Source: Candidatus Nanopelagicales bacterium
GTDB lineage: Bacteria; Actinomycetota; Actinomycetes; S36-B12
NCBI GenBank assembly: GCA_030830865.1
Contig: JAURME010000017.1
Span: 1-55,740, forward strand
DNA length: 55,740 nt
Reading direction: 5' to 3'
The position numbers and the translations under genes were made by a program. Below are positions 1-9,360 of the stretch, piece after piece. The notes beneath the pieces are model-generated. The model ran no database searches. It saw only the letters and a program-made list of their open reading frames with translations, and was not told the origin of the DNA. Each line of letters opens with the position of its first letter. Position 1 is the first letter of the stretch.

Positions 1-504
1 CAGTCCTGAGCGCATCCCGAGGAGCTGGTCGATCGTGAGGCCCGCGATCTCAGGGAACTGCGTGGCCAGCGATGGGTCGAGGTCGCGGACCGTGTCGGTC
101 ACCTTCATGGTGCCCTTGGCGACCTGCTGCAGAACGGCGGTCGCGGTCACGGTCTTGGTGATGGAGCCCATGAAGTTGTGGTCATCGACGCGGGCCGGCG
201 TGCGGGGCAGCGCGGCCTTGCCGTATGCCTTCACCCGAACTCCCAGCGTCGGGCTCCACACCCCCACCCACGCGCCCGGCGTCTCATCGGCCGAGCCCTT
301 CAGGGCCTGGGTGACCGCTGCGTCGAGACGACGCGCGGCTGCCGGGGCCATCGGCGTGTCCGGCAGGGCGGGTGGCGTCCATCGCCCGGCGGCAGCGACC
401 GAGGCCCACTGTGGAACCGCACCCGCGGGCCCGGCCAGCGGGAACGACAGCGCTGCCACCACGACAGCAGCCACGAGCATCGACCTCGATGTTGACCGGG
501 TCAC
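1..504 (-). CDS. Secreted serine hydrolase, beta-lactamase / D-Ala-D-Ala carboxypeptidase family (5' part; runs off the window)
   Basis: Not in the ORF track because it has no stop in the window. Manual translation from GTG at 504 (RBS GAAAGGTGG) gives MTRSTSRSMLVAAVVVAALSFPLAGPAGA (signal peptide), then FMGSITKT (SxxK) and IDQLLGMRSGL (LLxHxSGL-like motif). Confidence 0.85.
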   Translation of the reverse strand, partial: MTRSTSRSMLVAAVVVAALSFPLAGPAGAVPQWASVAAAGRWTPPALPDTPMAPAAARRLDAAVTQALKGSADETPGAWVGVWSPTLGVRVKAYGKAALPRTPARVDDHNFMGSITKTVTATAVLQQVAKGTMKVTDTVRDLDPSLATQFPEIAGLTIDQLLGMRSGL

Positions 505-641
505 AGGGTCCACCTTTCACAGTTGTCGATGGCCTTGGAGAGGGAGGGTCTCCTCGTGCCGGATGACGGGGACGGTCCGCGGACTGCCCGGGTAACGCCA
601 TGAGGCTGCGGTGACGCCGTGCAGGGAGAGCGGAGGAGGGG

Positions 642-679
642 CGGTGAGGCGCCCTCCCGCGGGGGAGAGGGCCTCACCG
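642..679 (-). terminator. GC-rich hairpin, probable terminator of the qcr operon
   Basis: CGGTGAGGC (642-650) pairs with GCCTCACCG (671-679), with an imperfect inner stem; it lies about 20 nt after the qcrB stop. Confidence 0.55.
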
Positions 680-697
680 TGACGCTGTGGTCATGAG

Positions 698-2446
698 CTA
701 GGAGCGCTGCTCCTGCTGGAGTTGCTCGGCGTTGGTCTCAGCCATGCCCGGGTGGTGCAGGACGCCGCCGTGGAAGGTGTGGATTTGGTCGGCGTCCTCG
801 TACTCGTGCAGGGGAGCCTCGATCGCCGCATCGTGGGCGGCGTGATGCTGCCCCGCCTCGATCTCGGCCGCCGAGGGCTTGGGGACGTTGACGCCGTAGA
901 AGAACTCGCTGAGCTGGTGCCGAAGCATCTGGGCGCGGTACCTCTTGTTGCGCACGCCATCGACGTCGGCCTTGTCGGGTGCCGGCAGCGGTGCGTAGTC
1001 GTGCTTGGCCGTGATGACGGCGATGTCCTTCTCGGACAGCGGTTGGTGCACCTCGATGAACTCACCGTGGGGCAGGCGCAGGATGCGACCGGACTCGTAC
1101 CCGTGAAGCAGCTTCTCCCGGTCACGGCGCTGGAGTCCCAGACACGTGCGCCGGGTCACGACGAAGACGAGTGGCGGAACGACGATCAGCGTGATCCGCA
1201 GGAACCAGATGATCGAGTTGATCGACAGGTCGAATGCGACCGCGATGATGTCGTTCGCACCACCGACCCACAGCAACACGTAGAACGAGATCGCCATCAT
1301 TCCCAAGGCAGTACGCGTGGGGGCGTTTCGCGGCCGATCAAGCAGGTTGTGCTCCCGCTTGTCACCGGTGACCCACGCCTCGATGAAGGGGTACAGGCCC
1401 AGCAGGGTGAAGATGATGCCGGGGATGACCAGCGCGGGGATCAGGATGTTCCAGGAGATGGTCCATCCGACGCCCGGGATCACGGATTCCCAGTTGGGCA
1501 TGGTGCGCAGCGCGCCGTCGAGGAAGCCGATGTACCAGTCCGGCTGCGAGCCGGCCGAGACCTGATCAGGCATATAGGGGCCGAAGATCCAGATCGGGTT
1601 GACCGTGACCAGCCCGCCGACGAGGGCGATGATGCCGAAGACGATGAAGAAGAAGCCACCGGCCTTGGCCATGTACACCGGCAGGAGCGGGTAGCCGACG
1701 ACGTTGTCGTTGGTGCGGCCCGGGCCGGGGAACTGGGTGTGCTTCTGGGTCCACACGAGCATCAGGTGGATGGTCACCAGTGCGAGGATCAACCCGGGAA
1801 TCAGCAGGATGTGGACGCCGTACAGGCGCGAGATGAACTCCGTGCCTGGGAATTCCCCATCGAAGAGCAGGAAGGCCGCCCAGGTGCCCACGACGGGCAC
1901 CGCCTGGACGATGCCGCGGGCGATCTGCAGGCCGGTGCCGGAGAGGAGGTCGTCCGGGAGGGAGTAGCCGGAGAAGCCGGCCAGCAGGCCGAAGGTCGTC
2001 AGGCCCACACCGATCAGCCAGTTGAACTCACGCGGCTTGCGGAAGGCACCGGTGAAGAAGACGCGGAACATGTGGACAGCCATGGCGGCGATGAAGATCA
2101 GTGCCGACCAGTGGTGCATCTGGCGCAGCAGCAGACCACCGCGAACGTCGAACGAGATGTTCAGCGCCGAGTCGTAGGCCTCGGACATCAGAACGCCCTT
2201 GAGCGGCACGTAGGAGCCGTCGTAGACGACCTCGGCCATCGACGGCTTGAACCACAGGGTCAGGAAGACGCCGGTGAGCAGCACCACGATGAAGCTGTAG
2301 AGCGCGATCTCACCCAGCATGAAGGACCAGTGGTCCGGGAAGACCTTGCCCAGGTTGCGGGACAGGAACTTGTTGCTGCCGACGCGCTGGTCGACGTAGG
2401 TCGCCGTCGCGCCGCCAACCTTCTCGACGGGGCTCGTGGTGGTCAT
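698..2446 (-). CDS. qcrB: Cytochrome bc1 (bcc) complex cytochrome b subunit
   Basis: KVFPDHWSFMLGEIALYSF, RQMHHWSA, FFTGAFRKPREFNW, HTQFPGPG, SQPDWY; actinobacterial C-terminal extension. Confidence 0.98.
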   Translation of the reverse strand: MTTTSPVEKVGGATATYVDQRVGSNKFLSRNLGKVFPDHWSFMLGEIALYSFIVVLLTGVFLTLWFKPSMAEVVYDGSYVPLKGVLMSEAYDSALNISFDVRGGLLLRQMHHWSALIFIAAMAVHMFRVFFTGAFRKPREFNWLIGVGLTTFGLLAGFSGYSLPDDLLSGTGLQIARGIVQAVPVVGTWAAFLLFDGEFPGTEFISRLYGVHILLIPGLILALVTIHLMLVWTQKHTQFPGPGRTNDNVVGYPLLPVYMAKAGGFFFIVFGIIALVGGLVTVNPIWIFGPYMPDQVSAGSQPDWYIGFLDGALRTMPNWESVIPGVGWTISWNILIPALVIPGIIFTLLGLYPFIEAWVTGDKREHNLLDRPRNAPTRTALGMMAISFYVLLWVGGANDIIAVAFDLSINSIIWFLRITLIVVPPLVFVVTRRTCLGLQRRDREKLLHGYESGRILRLPHGEFIEVHQPLSEKDIAVITAKHDYAPLPAPDKADVDGVRNKRYRAQMLRHQLSEFFYGVNVPKPSAAEIEAGQHHAAHDAAIEAPLHEYEDADQIHTFHGGVLHHPGMAETNAEQLQQEQRS

Positions 2447-3585
2447 CCGCGCTCCCAGAAACTCGGTCCGACAGGCTCCTCGAAATCGGAGAGAGCCACT
2501 AGATAGCCTTCCTCATCCACGCCGATCGGCAACTGCGGCATGCGCCGGGCGGCGGGCCCGAACACCACGTTGCCGGAGTCAGCGAGGTCGAAGGTCGACT
2601 GGTGGCACGGGCACAGCAGGTGGTGCGTCCGCTGCTCGTACAGGGCGATCGGGCAGCCCACGTGGGTGCAGATCTTCGAGTAGGCGAGGATGCCCTCGAC
2701 GTCCCAGCCGGTGCCCTGCTGCGAGCGGATCTCGTCGGGCTCCATGCGGACGAGGATGATCGCGGCCTTGCCGCGGGCATTGAGGTTGCCCTCGGCGTGC
2801 TCGACCTCGGGGAGGTCCAGCGGGATGGCAGCGATCAGACCGCCCACCGGCAGGTCCTCGGGGCGGATGGGGCGGTGCGCGAGGCTGTCGTCGGGAGACA
2901 CGGGCTCGCCGGTGATCTCGCCGCCGCTGTCGGTCTCGCTGTGCTCGCCCTGGTAGGTGCCGTCGGCGACGATCCGCATGCCGCCGGTCCACAGGGTCGT
3001 CGACAGCAGGTCGGCGGGGGACTTGCCCTCGGTGTACTCCGTGGGGGTCCACAGATCGCGCAGCATCACGACGAGTGGGATCGGGAAGAGCACCATCGCG
3101 CCGATGAGCGTGCGGCGGATGAGGCGGAACCGCACGAAGCCGGACTCCTCCTTGCCGCGCTCGTAGTTGGCCTCGGCCTCGAGGGTGGCCCGCTTGGGGG
3201 ACACCATGTCGTGGCGCTGCTGGACGACCTCGACGTCGGGCATGAGCTTCTTGGCCCACTGGATGGCCGCGGTGCCGATGAGCAGGATCGCCATGCCCAT
3301 GGTGAAGCCGAGGGCCACGTTGCTGGCACCGACCTCGCCCATGACCGGGATGTACACCACCGAGGTCTTGTCGATGGCGACGTAGGCCACGACGAACAGC
3401 ACCACGAAGAGCATCGACAGCAGGAACATCGAGGCGACCTGCCGCTCGGCGCGGCGGGCGGCCTTGGGGTCGGTGTCGGTGGCCCGGGGCTTGTGCGGGA
3501 TGTCGGCCACGGGTGAGTAGCCGAGCTTGGCCGGCGCGCTGCCGTGGCCGTCAGGGTTCCCCTGCGGGGTGGTGAGGTCGCTCAT
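2443..3585 (-). CDS. qcrA: Cytochrome bc1 complex Rieske iron-sulfur subunit
   Basis: CTHVGC and CPCHQSTF Rieske boxes, three TM helices, internal RRTL twin-arginine-like motif; 4-bp overlaps with both neighbours. Confidence 0.98.
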   Translation of the reverse strand: MSDLTTPQGNPDGHGSAPAKLGYSPVADIPHKPRATDTDPKAARRAERQVASMFLLSMLFVVLFVVAYVAIDKTSVVYIPVMGEVGASNVALGFTMGMAILLIGTAAIQWAKKLMPDVEVVQQRHDMVSPKRATLEAEANYERGKEESGFVRFRLIRRTLIGAMVLFPIPLVVMLRDLWTPTEYTEGKSPADLLSTTLWTGGMRIVADGTYQGEHSETDSGGEITGEPVSPDDSLAHRPIRPEDLPVGGLIAAIPLDLPEVEHAEGNLNARGKAAIILVRMEPDEIRSQQGTGWDVEGILAYSKICTHVGCPIALYEQRTHHLLCPCHQSTFDLADSGNVVFGPAARRMPQLPIGVDEEGYLVALSDFEEPVGPSFWERG

Positions 3586-4376
3586 CGTGACTTGATTCCG
3601 ATCCAGACAGCCGCGGCGATGAGGGCCGCGAAGATGGCAGTGACGAGGAAGACGCCCTCGGTGACCGGGCCGAAGCGGCCGAGGTTGAGCCCTCCCGGAC
3701 TCGAGGCCTCCTGCAGGCCCACGATGTAGGAGGTGATGGCCTGCTTGTCCTCGACAGGGAGCTGGGCGTCACTGAAGACGGGCATGTTCTGCGGGCCCGT
3801 CAGCATGGCCTCGGTGATGGTCTTGGGGGAGGAGCCCATGAGGCTGGGGGCGTACTTGCCCTGGGTCAGCGCACCGCCCTGGCCGGCCGCCTGGTGGCAC
3901 TGGGCGCAGTTGATGCGGAACAGCTCGCCGCCGTAGGCCTCGTCGGCGCTGGCGTAGTCGAGCTGTTCGGCCGTGGGGATGGCGGGGCCGGGTCCGAGGG
4001 CGGCGACGAAGGCGGCCATCGCCGCGATGTCCTCCTCGGAGTAGGGGTTCTCGGTCTTGGCCGGGGCCTGGGCACCCGGAGCGGCGAGCGGCATTCGGCC
4101 GGTGCTCACCTGGAAGTCCACGGCAGCGGCACCGACACCCACGAGCGTCGGCCCGGTCTGCGTGCCCTCGCCCTTGAGGCCATGGCACGAGGAGCAGCCC
4201 TCGAGATAGAGCTGCTGGCCCTTCTCCACCTGGGTCTCGGCGCCCACGGCCAGGGCGGCCTGTGCCGGCTCCACTGCGCCGAGAGCGGCGTAGGCGCCTC
4301 CGACGGTCACGAGTGCGCCGACCAACAACGCGGATGCCACGATCGGACTGCGCCGTCGTGCGGCCAGGAACTTCAC
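3582..4376 (-). CDS. qcrC: Cytochrome bc1 complex diheme cytochrome c subunit
   Basis: Two heme motifs (CSSCH, CAQCH), FQVSTGRMP, GPQNMPVF, C-terminal TM helix. Confidence 0.97.
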   Translation of the reverse strand: MKFLAARRRSPIVASALLVGALVTVGGAYAALGAVEPAQAALAVGAETQVEKGQQLYLEGCSSCHGLKGEGTQTGPTLVGVGAAAVDFQVSTGRMPLAAPGAQAPAKTENPYSEEDIAAMAAFVAALGPGPAIPTAEQLDYASADEAYGGELFRINCAQCHQAAGQGGALTQGKYAPSLMGSSPKTITEAMLTGPQNMPVFSDAQLPVEDKQAITSYIVGLQEASSPGGLNLGRFGPVTEGVFLVTAIFAALIAAAVWIGIKSR

Positions 4377-4440
4377 CTTCGCCGAACCTCTCTGCCGTGT
4401 CGTACCGTGCGAGATCGACCCGAGTGGTCGATCAGGGGTG

Positions 4441-5046
4441 CTACTTGAGGATGTAGATCATGAAGAACAGGGCGATCCATACCACGTCGACGAAGTGCCA
4501 GTAGTAGGACGTGACGATGGCACGGGTGGCCTGGTCGTGAGTGAAGCGCTTGGCCACATAGGTGGTGGCCAGGACGAACAGGAAGGCGATGAGGCCGCCG
4601 GTCACGTGCATGCCGTGGAAGCCCGTGGTCAGGTAGAACGCTGTGCCGTAGGCGTTGCCGGGCATCGTCACGCCCTCCTGGACCAGCGCGGCGTACTCAG
4701 TCACCTGGCCGCCGATGAAGATCGCGCCCATGAGGAAGGTGATGATGAACCAGCGGCGCAGGCCCTTCACATCGCCACGCTCTGCGGCGAACACGCCGAG
4801 CTGGCAGGTGACTGACGAGAGCACCAGGATCGTGGTGTTGACGCTCGCGAACGGGATGTTCAGCAGCTGCGTCTCCTGGGCCCACAGGTCGGGGTTGACC
4901 GCGCGGAGCGTGAAATACATCGCGAACAGCGCCGCGAAGAACATGAGCTCACTGGACAGCCACACGATCGTGCCGACGGCGACCATATTCGGCCGGTTGG
5001 CAGGCGCGTGGGCATATGCCTGGGGAACGGAAGTCGCATTGGCCAC
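4441..5046 (-). CDS. ctaE: Cytochrome c oxidase subunit III
   Basis: [35 protein letters not shown]; first gene of the ctaE-qcrCAB operon. Confidence 0.97.
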   Translation of the reverse strand: MANATSVPQAYAHAPANRPNMVAVGTIVWLSSELMFFAALFAMYFTLRAVNPDLWAQETQLLNIPFASVNTTILVLSSVTCQLGVFAAERGDVKGLRRWFIITFLMGAIFIGGQVTEYAALVQEGVTMPGNAYGTAFYLTTGFHGMHVTGGLIAFLFVLATTYVAKRFTHDQATRAIVTSYYWHFVDVVWIALFFMIYILK

Positions 5047-5143
5047 GGCACGAGTCTGTCAGATTCGGGTTCGGTTCACTCCCTGACCCCCCGACGATTG
5101 GGTCACATTCCTGCCCCCATGCTCCACGGCTACAGTAGGGGTC

Positions 5144-5665
5144 GTGGACATGACCGAATCCCGCGCCGATCTGGCCGCCGCCGAAGCGACCGACTCCTCC
5201 TACGAGAGCGTCGACGTCGACGCCGATCCGGATGCCGACCACGAGGCGCACGAGCCTGATCCCCAGCCCACCTGTCGCGTGCTCGTCTACAGCGACGACC
5301 ACACGGTGCGCGAGCAGGTCATGGCGGCTCTGGGCCGCCGCCCCGCGGCGGATCTCCCGGCCGTGGAGTACGTCGAGGTCGCCACGGAGCCGCGGGCGAT
5401 CGAGCTGGTGGACGCCGGTGGCCTGGACCTGCTGATCCTGGACGGCGAGGCGACGCCCGCCGGAGGCATGGGTGTGTGCCGCCAGCTCAAGGACGAGATC
5501 TACCACTGCCCGCCCGTTCTCGTGCTCGTCGGGCGCCCGCAGGATGCCTGGCTGGCGACGTGGTCGCGCGCCGACGGTGTCACCTCGCATCCCCTCGACG
5601 CGATCGCCCTCGCGGGGGTCGTGACGTCGCTGCTGCGCTCGCGTCTCACCGTCGCCACTGCCTGA
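5144..5665 (+). CDS. Stand-alone receiver-domain (response regulator-like) protein with an acidic N-terminal extension
   Basis: VLVYSDD..., DLLILDGEATPAGGMGVCRQLKDEI, AWLATWSRAD; conserved actinomycete gene between ctaE and trpD; TACAGT 7 nt before the GTG. Confidence 0.85.
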   Translation: MDMTESRADLAAAEATDSSYESVDVDADPDADHEAHEPDPQPTCRVLVYSDDHTVREQVMAALGRRPAADLPAVEYVEVATEPRAIELVDAGGLDLLILDGEATPAGGMGVCRQLKDEIYHCPPVLVLVGRPQDAWLATWSRADGVTSHPLDAIALAGVVTSLLRSRLTVATA

Positions 5666-5678
5666 TCGCGACCGTCGC

Positions 5679-6797
5679 ATGACCTCCTGGCCGGACGTCC
5701 TCGGCGCCCTTGCCCAGGGCCGTGACCTCAGCGCTGAGCAGGCTGCCTGGGCCATGGAGGAGATCCTCCGGGGGGAGTCCACCGGAGGGCAGTTCGGGGC
5801 GTTCGTCATGGGTCTGCAGGCCAAGGGTGAGTCGCCGGCCGAGGTGGACGCTCTCGTCGAGGTGATGCTGGCCCACGCGAGGACCCTCGACTTCGGGGCT
5901 GATGCCCCGTCACCTGCCCTCGATGTCGTCGGGACCGGCGGGGATCAGGCCCACACGGTCAACATCTCCACGATGGCGGCCCTCGTGTGCGCCGCAGCCG
6001 GTGCGACGGTCATCAAGCACGGCAACCGGGCGTCGTCGTCGTCCACGGGCACCGCCGATGTTCTGGAGCACCTCGGGGTGGCGATCGACCTCGAGCCGGA
6101 TCAGGTCGTGGCCTCGGTGCGCGAGTCGGGCATCGGCTTCTGCTTCGCTCCCGTGCACCACCCGGCGCTGCGTCATGCGGGGCCGATCCGTCGTGAGCTC
6201 GCGATCCCCACGGTGTTCAACATCCTCGGTCCGCTGGCCAACCCCGCCGGGGTTGAAGCGGCGCTGATCGGCTGCGCCAATGAGGCCATGGCCGGCGTCA
6301 TGGCCGACGTGCTGTGTCGGCGCGGGGTCCGGGCCCTCGTCGTCCGCGGTGAGGACGGCCTCGATGAGATCTCGATCGCCGCTCCCACGCGAGTGTGGGA
6401 CGCGACAGGGGGCCATGTTGTTGAGACGGTCCTCGACGCAGCCGATCTCGGGATCCCGCGCACGGCGCCGGAGCTGCTGCGCGGTGGGGACAGCGCCCGC
6501 AACGCCGAGCTCCTGCGCGCCGCTCTCGACGGGGAGCCGGCTCAGGGTGACGACGCGACCCGGATCGAGGCGATCCGTCACGCGGTCGCGGTCAACGCCG
6601 CGGCTGCCCTATCGGCCTTCGCCGTGGCAGGAGGGGCTGTGCCTGACCTGTCGGGGGCAGACCTGGCGGCGATGTCGGTCACCGAGCGGGTGCGCACATG
6701 CCTGCCGGTCGTCCGCCGGGTCATTGAAGAAGGGTTAGCCCTGCGGACCCTGGACGCGTGGGCGGACGTCACTACCCGGCTGCGCGGATCCGACTGA
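5679..6797 (+). CDS. trpD: Anthranilate phosphoribosyltransferase
   Basis: DVVGTGGD, NISTMAA, KHGNRASSS, FNILGPLANP, DGLDEIS. Confidence 0.97.
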   Translation: MTSWPDVLGALAQGRDLSAEQAAWAMEEILRGESTGGQFGAFVMGLQAKGESPAEVDALVEVMLAHARTLDFGADAPSPALDVVGTGGDQAHTVNISTMAALVCAAAGATVIKHGNRASSSSTGTADVLEHLGVAIDLEPDQVVASVRESGIGFCFAPVHHPALRHAGPIRRELAIPTVFNILGPLANPAGVEAALIGCANEAMAGVMADVLCRRGVRALVVRGEDGLDEISIAAPTRVWDATGGHVVETVLDAADLGIPRTAPELLRGGDSARNAELLRAALDGEPAQGDDATRIEAIRHAVAVNAAAALSAFAVAGGAVPDLSGADLAAMSVTERVRTCLPVVRRVIEEGLALRTLDAWADVTTRLRGSD

Positions 6798-8586
6798 CCC
6801 GCGTAGCGCCCCGGGGTCCCTCGGGGCGTGTACGGCCCGGGACCGATCCGTCCACGGCGGCGAGATCGGCGAGAGCGCGCCGTCGGATACTTCGAAGGTC
6901 ATCCGCCACATCACCCCCGCACCAGGTGGGAAGCGCCAGGCCGGTGCTGGCCTGAACCACCCGCGCGGGGCCATCTTCCAGCCAGCGCAGGATCTCGTGA
7001 GCCTCCTCCGTCAACCCGGCCGGGCCCGGCGGTGTCGGTCGGTCAACCGACTCGGCCACGGACACCAGAGCCTCAACCCGATGCCGTGGATCCGTCCCAG
7101 GGCGGGCATGGCCGGCAGCGCACAGGCGTCCGTGGCGGATGATGTGGATGTCCCACCCCAGATCGGGTGTCGCGCTCGCCGCCACCAGGAGCGGCTCACT
7201 CGCCAGCATCATCAGCCGGTGCGTGCGCAGGCTCGCCCGGCACAGGGCAGCCAGTCTCTCCCGCCACTGGGCCGCCTCCTCGAAGCGCTCCTCGTCGGAC
7301 AGGGCGCTCATGCGGGCGTGCACGGCAGCGACGGTCGCGCGCAGGTCACCGGACATCGCCGAGCGCAGCCCCTCGACGTCGGCCGCGTACACGTCCCGAT
7401 CGCCTGAGGCCGTGCACGGAGCAGCGCACTTGCCGAGCTCGGCCAGGATGCAGCCTGGGACCTCCGTGCGCGGCCTCTGCGCCACCCGTAGGGAGCAGGT
7501 GCGCACCCGATGGGCAAGGTGCAGGGCCTCGCGGACCTCCTCCGCGGGGCGGCGGCCGGTGAACGGGCCGAGGTACCGCGCACCCTCGGACATGTCCTCC
7601 ATGACCTCGCTCACGATCGACAGCCGGGGCGCGGACTCCGCCGTGAGCTTCAACCAGACCTCGCGGTCCGGTCGCCGGGAGCGTCGGTTGTAGCGCGGTT
7701 GGCGCTCGGCGATGAGCCGCAGCTCCCGGACGCGCGCCTCCAGCGGAGTGGCGCAGGCGATGGGCGTGACGCGCTGGGCGATCGACACCATCTCGGCCAT
7801 CCTGCGACGGGGTTCGGCAGCCGTGAAGTAGGAGCGCACCCGGGTCCGGATCCGGACCGACGTGCCCACGTAGAGCGCCGCGCCCTGGGCGTCCTCGAAG
7901 ACGTAGACCCCGGGAGAATCGGGCAGGCCGTCGGCGAGGTGCCGCTTCTCCCGCTGGGCAGGGCTCACCCGTGAGGTGAAGGCTCGCAGGTCCTCGAGGG
8001 TGGTGACGCCGAAGTCCGCGACGCGACCGAGCAGACCGTGCAGGACGTCGACGGTGGCCCGGGCGTCGTCGAGGGCCCGGTGAGTGGGTGTGACCGCCGC
8101 CCGGAAGTGGCTCGCGAGGGTGCCGAGCTTGCAGTTGCGCACCTCGTCCCGGTGCAGGGTGACGCGGGCCAGCCGGGCGGTGTCGACCACCCGGGGACGC
8201 GGCCACTCGTAGCCCAGACGGGTGCAGGCTGCCGTGAGAAACCCGACGTCGTACGGGGCGTTGTGGGCGACCAGCACCGCGTCGCCGAGGAACTCCAGGA
8301 ATCCGGGCAGGACGGCTCGCAGGGGAGGAGCCCCGGCCACGGTGGCGTCAGTGATGCCCGTGAGCGCTGCGACGAACGGCGGGATGGGCTTCCCGGGATG
8401 GACCAGCGTGGCGAACTCGCCCAGGACCTGACCCCCGCGGACGGCCACGGCGCCGATCTCGGTGATGCCGGCCTCGGCGGGACGGCCGCCGGTGGTCTCA
8501 AGGTCGACCACGACGAAGGTGACCTCGTCGAGCGGGGTGCCGAGATCATCGAAGGCCACCTGCATAGCGGACGCGCTCCCGGTCAT
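6772..8586 (-). CDS. DEDD (DnaQ-like) exonuclease fused to a UvrC-like GIY-YIG endonuclease (Rv2191/Cho-like)
   Basis: VVVDLETTG, VAHNAPYD and HRALDDA (DEDDh motifs); PGVYVF...LYVGTS...RVRSYF (GIY-YIG); YLGPF; Cys cluster; UVR motif ERFEEAA. Confidence 0.92.
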   Translation of the reverse strand: MTGSASAMQVAFDDLGTPLDEVTFVVVDLETTGGRPAEAGITEIGAVAVRGGQVLGEFATLVHPGKPIPPFVAALTGITDATVAGAPPLRAVLPGFLEFLGDAVLVAHNAPYDVGFLTAACTRLGYEWPRPRVVDTARLARVTLHRDEVRNCKLGTLASHFRAAVTPTHRALDDARATVDVLHGLLGRVADFGVTTLEDLRAFTSRVSPAQREKRHLADGLPDSPGVYVFEDAQGAALYVGTSVRIRTRVRSYFTAAEPRRRMAEMVSIAQRVTPIACATPLEARVRELRLIAERQPRYNRRSRRPDREVWLKLTAESAPRLSIVSEVMEDMSEGARYLGPFTGRRPAEEVREALHLAHRVRTCSLRVAQRPRTEVPGCILAELGKCAAPCTASGDRDVYAADVEGLRSAMSGDLRATVAAVHARMSALSDEERFEEAAQWRERLAALCRASLRTHRLMMLASEPLLVAASATPDLGWDIHIIRHGRLCAAGHARPGTDPRHRVEALVSVAESVDRPTPPGPAGLTEEAHEILRWLEDGPARVVQASTGLALPTWCGGDVADDLRSIRRRALADLAAVDGSVPGRTRPEGPRGATRVSRIRAAG

Positions 8587-8593
8587 GGCTCGG

Positions 8594-8615
8594 ACCGTAG
8601 GGCAGATGTCTGACA
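8594..8615 (-). promoter_or_regulatory. PafBC-type (RecA-NDp) DNA-damage promoter of the DEDD/GIY-YIG nuclease
   Basis: Minus strand reads TGTCAG-ACATCTGCCC-TACGGT (TGTCRG-N10-TAnnnT), ending 7 nt before ATG 8586. Confidence 0.85.
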
Positions 8616-8641
8616 GTCCCGGGCGTCGATAGGGTCACGGC

Positions 8642-8920
8642 GTGGCTGATTCCCTCCCGATCCCTGATGAGCAGTCCCGGTGGCGCTGTGCCCACTGCGG
8701 CAATCTGACCCGATTCGATGTGACCCGGACGACGCGTGTGCGCGAGTTCTGGCACCTCGACATGGCCGGTGAGCCGACGATCGACGAGCGTGAGGTGCTC
8801 GCCGAGACCGTCGAGTCCGTCGTCTGCCGCTGGTGCGGCGCCGGCGACCGGGTCGAGATCGTGGCCCGCCCGGCCTTCGGCGGCCCGGCGGACGAGGGGC
8901 CCGGCGACGGGGGTCCGTGA
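8642..8920 (+). CDS. Small conserved Zn-ribbon-like protein
   Basis: WRCAHCGNLTRFDV...FWHLDMAGE...VCRWC (two CxxC); TAGGGT 6 nt upstream of the GTG. Confidence 0.8.
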   Translation: MADSLPIPDEQSRWRCAHCGNLTRFDVTRTTRVREFWHLDMAGEPTIDEREVLAETVESVVCRWCGAGDRVEIVARPAFGGPADEGPGDGGP

Positions 8921-8958
8921 TCGCGGCCGGTGTCACACCCCCGATCTAGCCTGCCGGC

Positions 8959-9192
8959 ATGATCATCGACTGTGGTTCGTGCACGGTCGCCGGCGCTGCC
9001 TGCGACGACTGCGTGGTGACGGTCCTGCTGGGCCCGATGCCGACCGCCGAACGCCCCCTGACGTCTGACGGGTGCTCCTCCGATATCGCTGTCGCTGTAC
9101 CGGAGATCCCCGATGAGCACGCCGCCGCCGTAGCCGTGCTCGCCGAGACCGGCCTCATCCCGCCGCTGCGCCTGGTCACCCGCGCCTCCTGA
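8959..9192 (+). CDS. Small Cys-rich hypothetical protein
   Basis: MIIDCGSCTVAGAACDDCVVTVLL...GLIPPLRL, a form often seen upstream of actinomycete NlpC/P60 genes; TAGCCT 6 nt upstream of the ATG. Confidence 0.78.
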   Translation: MIIDCGSCTVAGAACDDCVVTVLLGPMPTAERPLTSDGCSSDIAVAVPEIPDEHAAAVAVLAETGLIPPLRLVTRAS

Positions 9193-9264
9193 TGCGGGAA
9201 CCCGGTCGAGCCCCGGCGCGTCGCAGGGGAGATGCCCCATCCACCCTGGGATTTGTGGCGCACC

Positions 9265-9291
9265 GTCACCCATCTGTTACCTTCGTATGAC
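9265..9291 (+). promoter_or_regulatory. Candidate MtrA/GlnR-type (OmpR-family) direct-repeat site
   Basis: GTCAC-N6-GTTAC-N6-ATGAC with 11-bp periodicity, upstream of the cell-wall hydrolase gene. Confidence 0.45.
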
Positions 9292-9360
9292 CATCCGTGG
9301 ACGCGCTCGACCCCCTCGGGACCAGGTGTGAGGGCGGACCGAGCCCGCGAAGGAGGCGAT

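Noticed and set aside
35-601. ORF-track ORFs at the left edge
   Set aside because: They are shadows of the minus-strand serine hydrolase (1-504), which has an RBS, signal peptide and SxxK motif.
4413-4433. 8-bp hairpin between ctaE and qcrC
   Set aside because: An ordinary intercistronic stem-loop with no evidence of a special function.
9193-9360. c-di-AMP (ydaO) riboswitch before the NlpC/P60 gene
   Set aside because: The hallmark segments (GCCGAATCC, CCGTCAGCTAAC-like) are not present.
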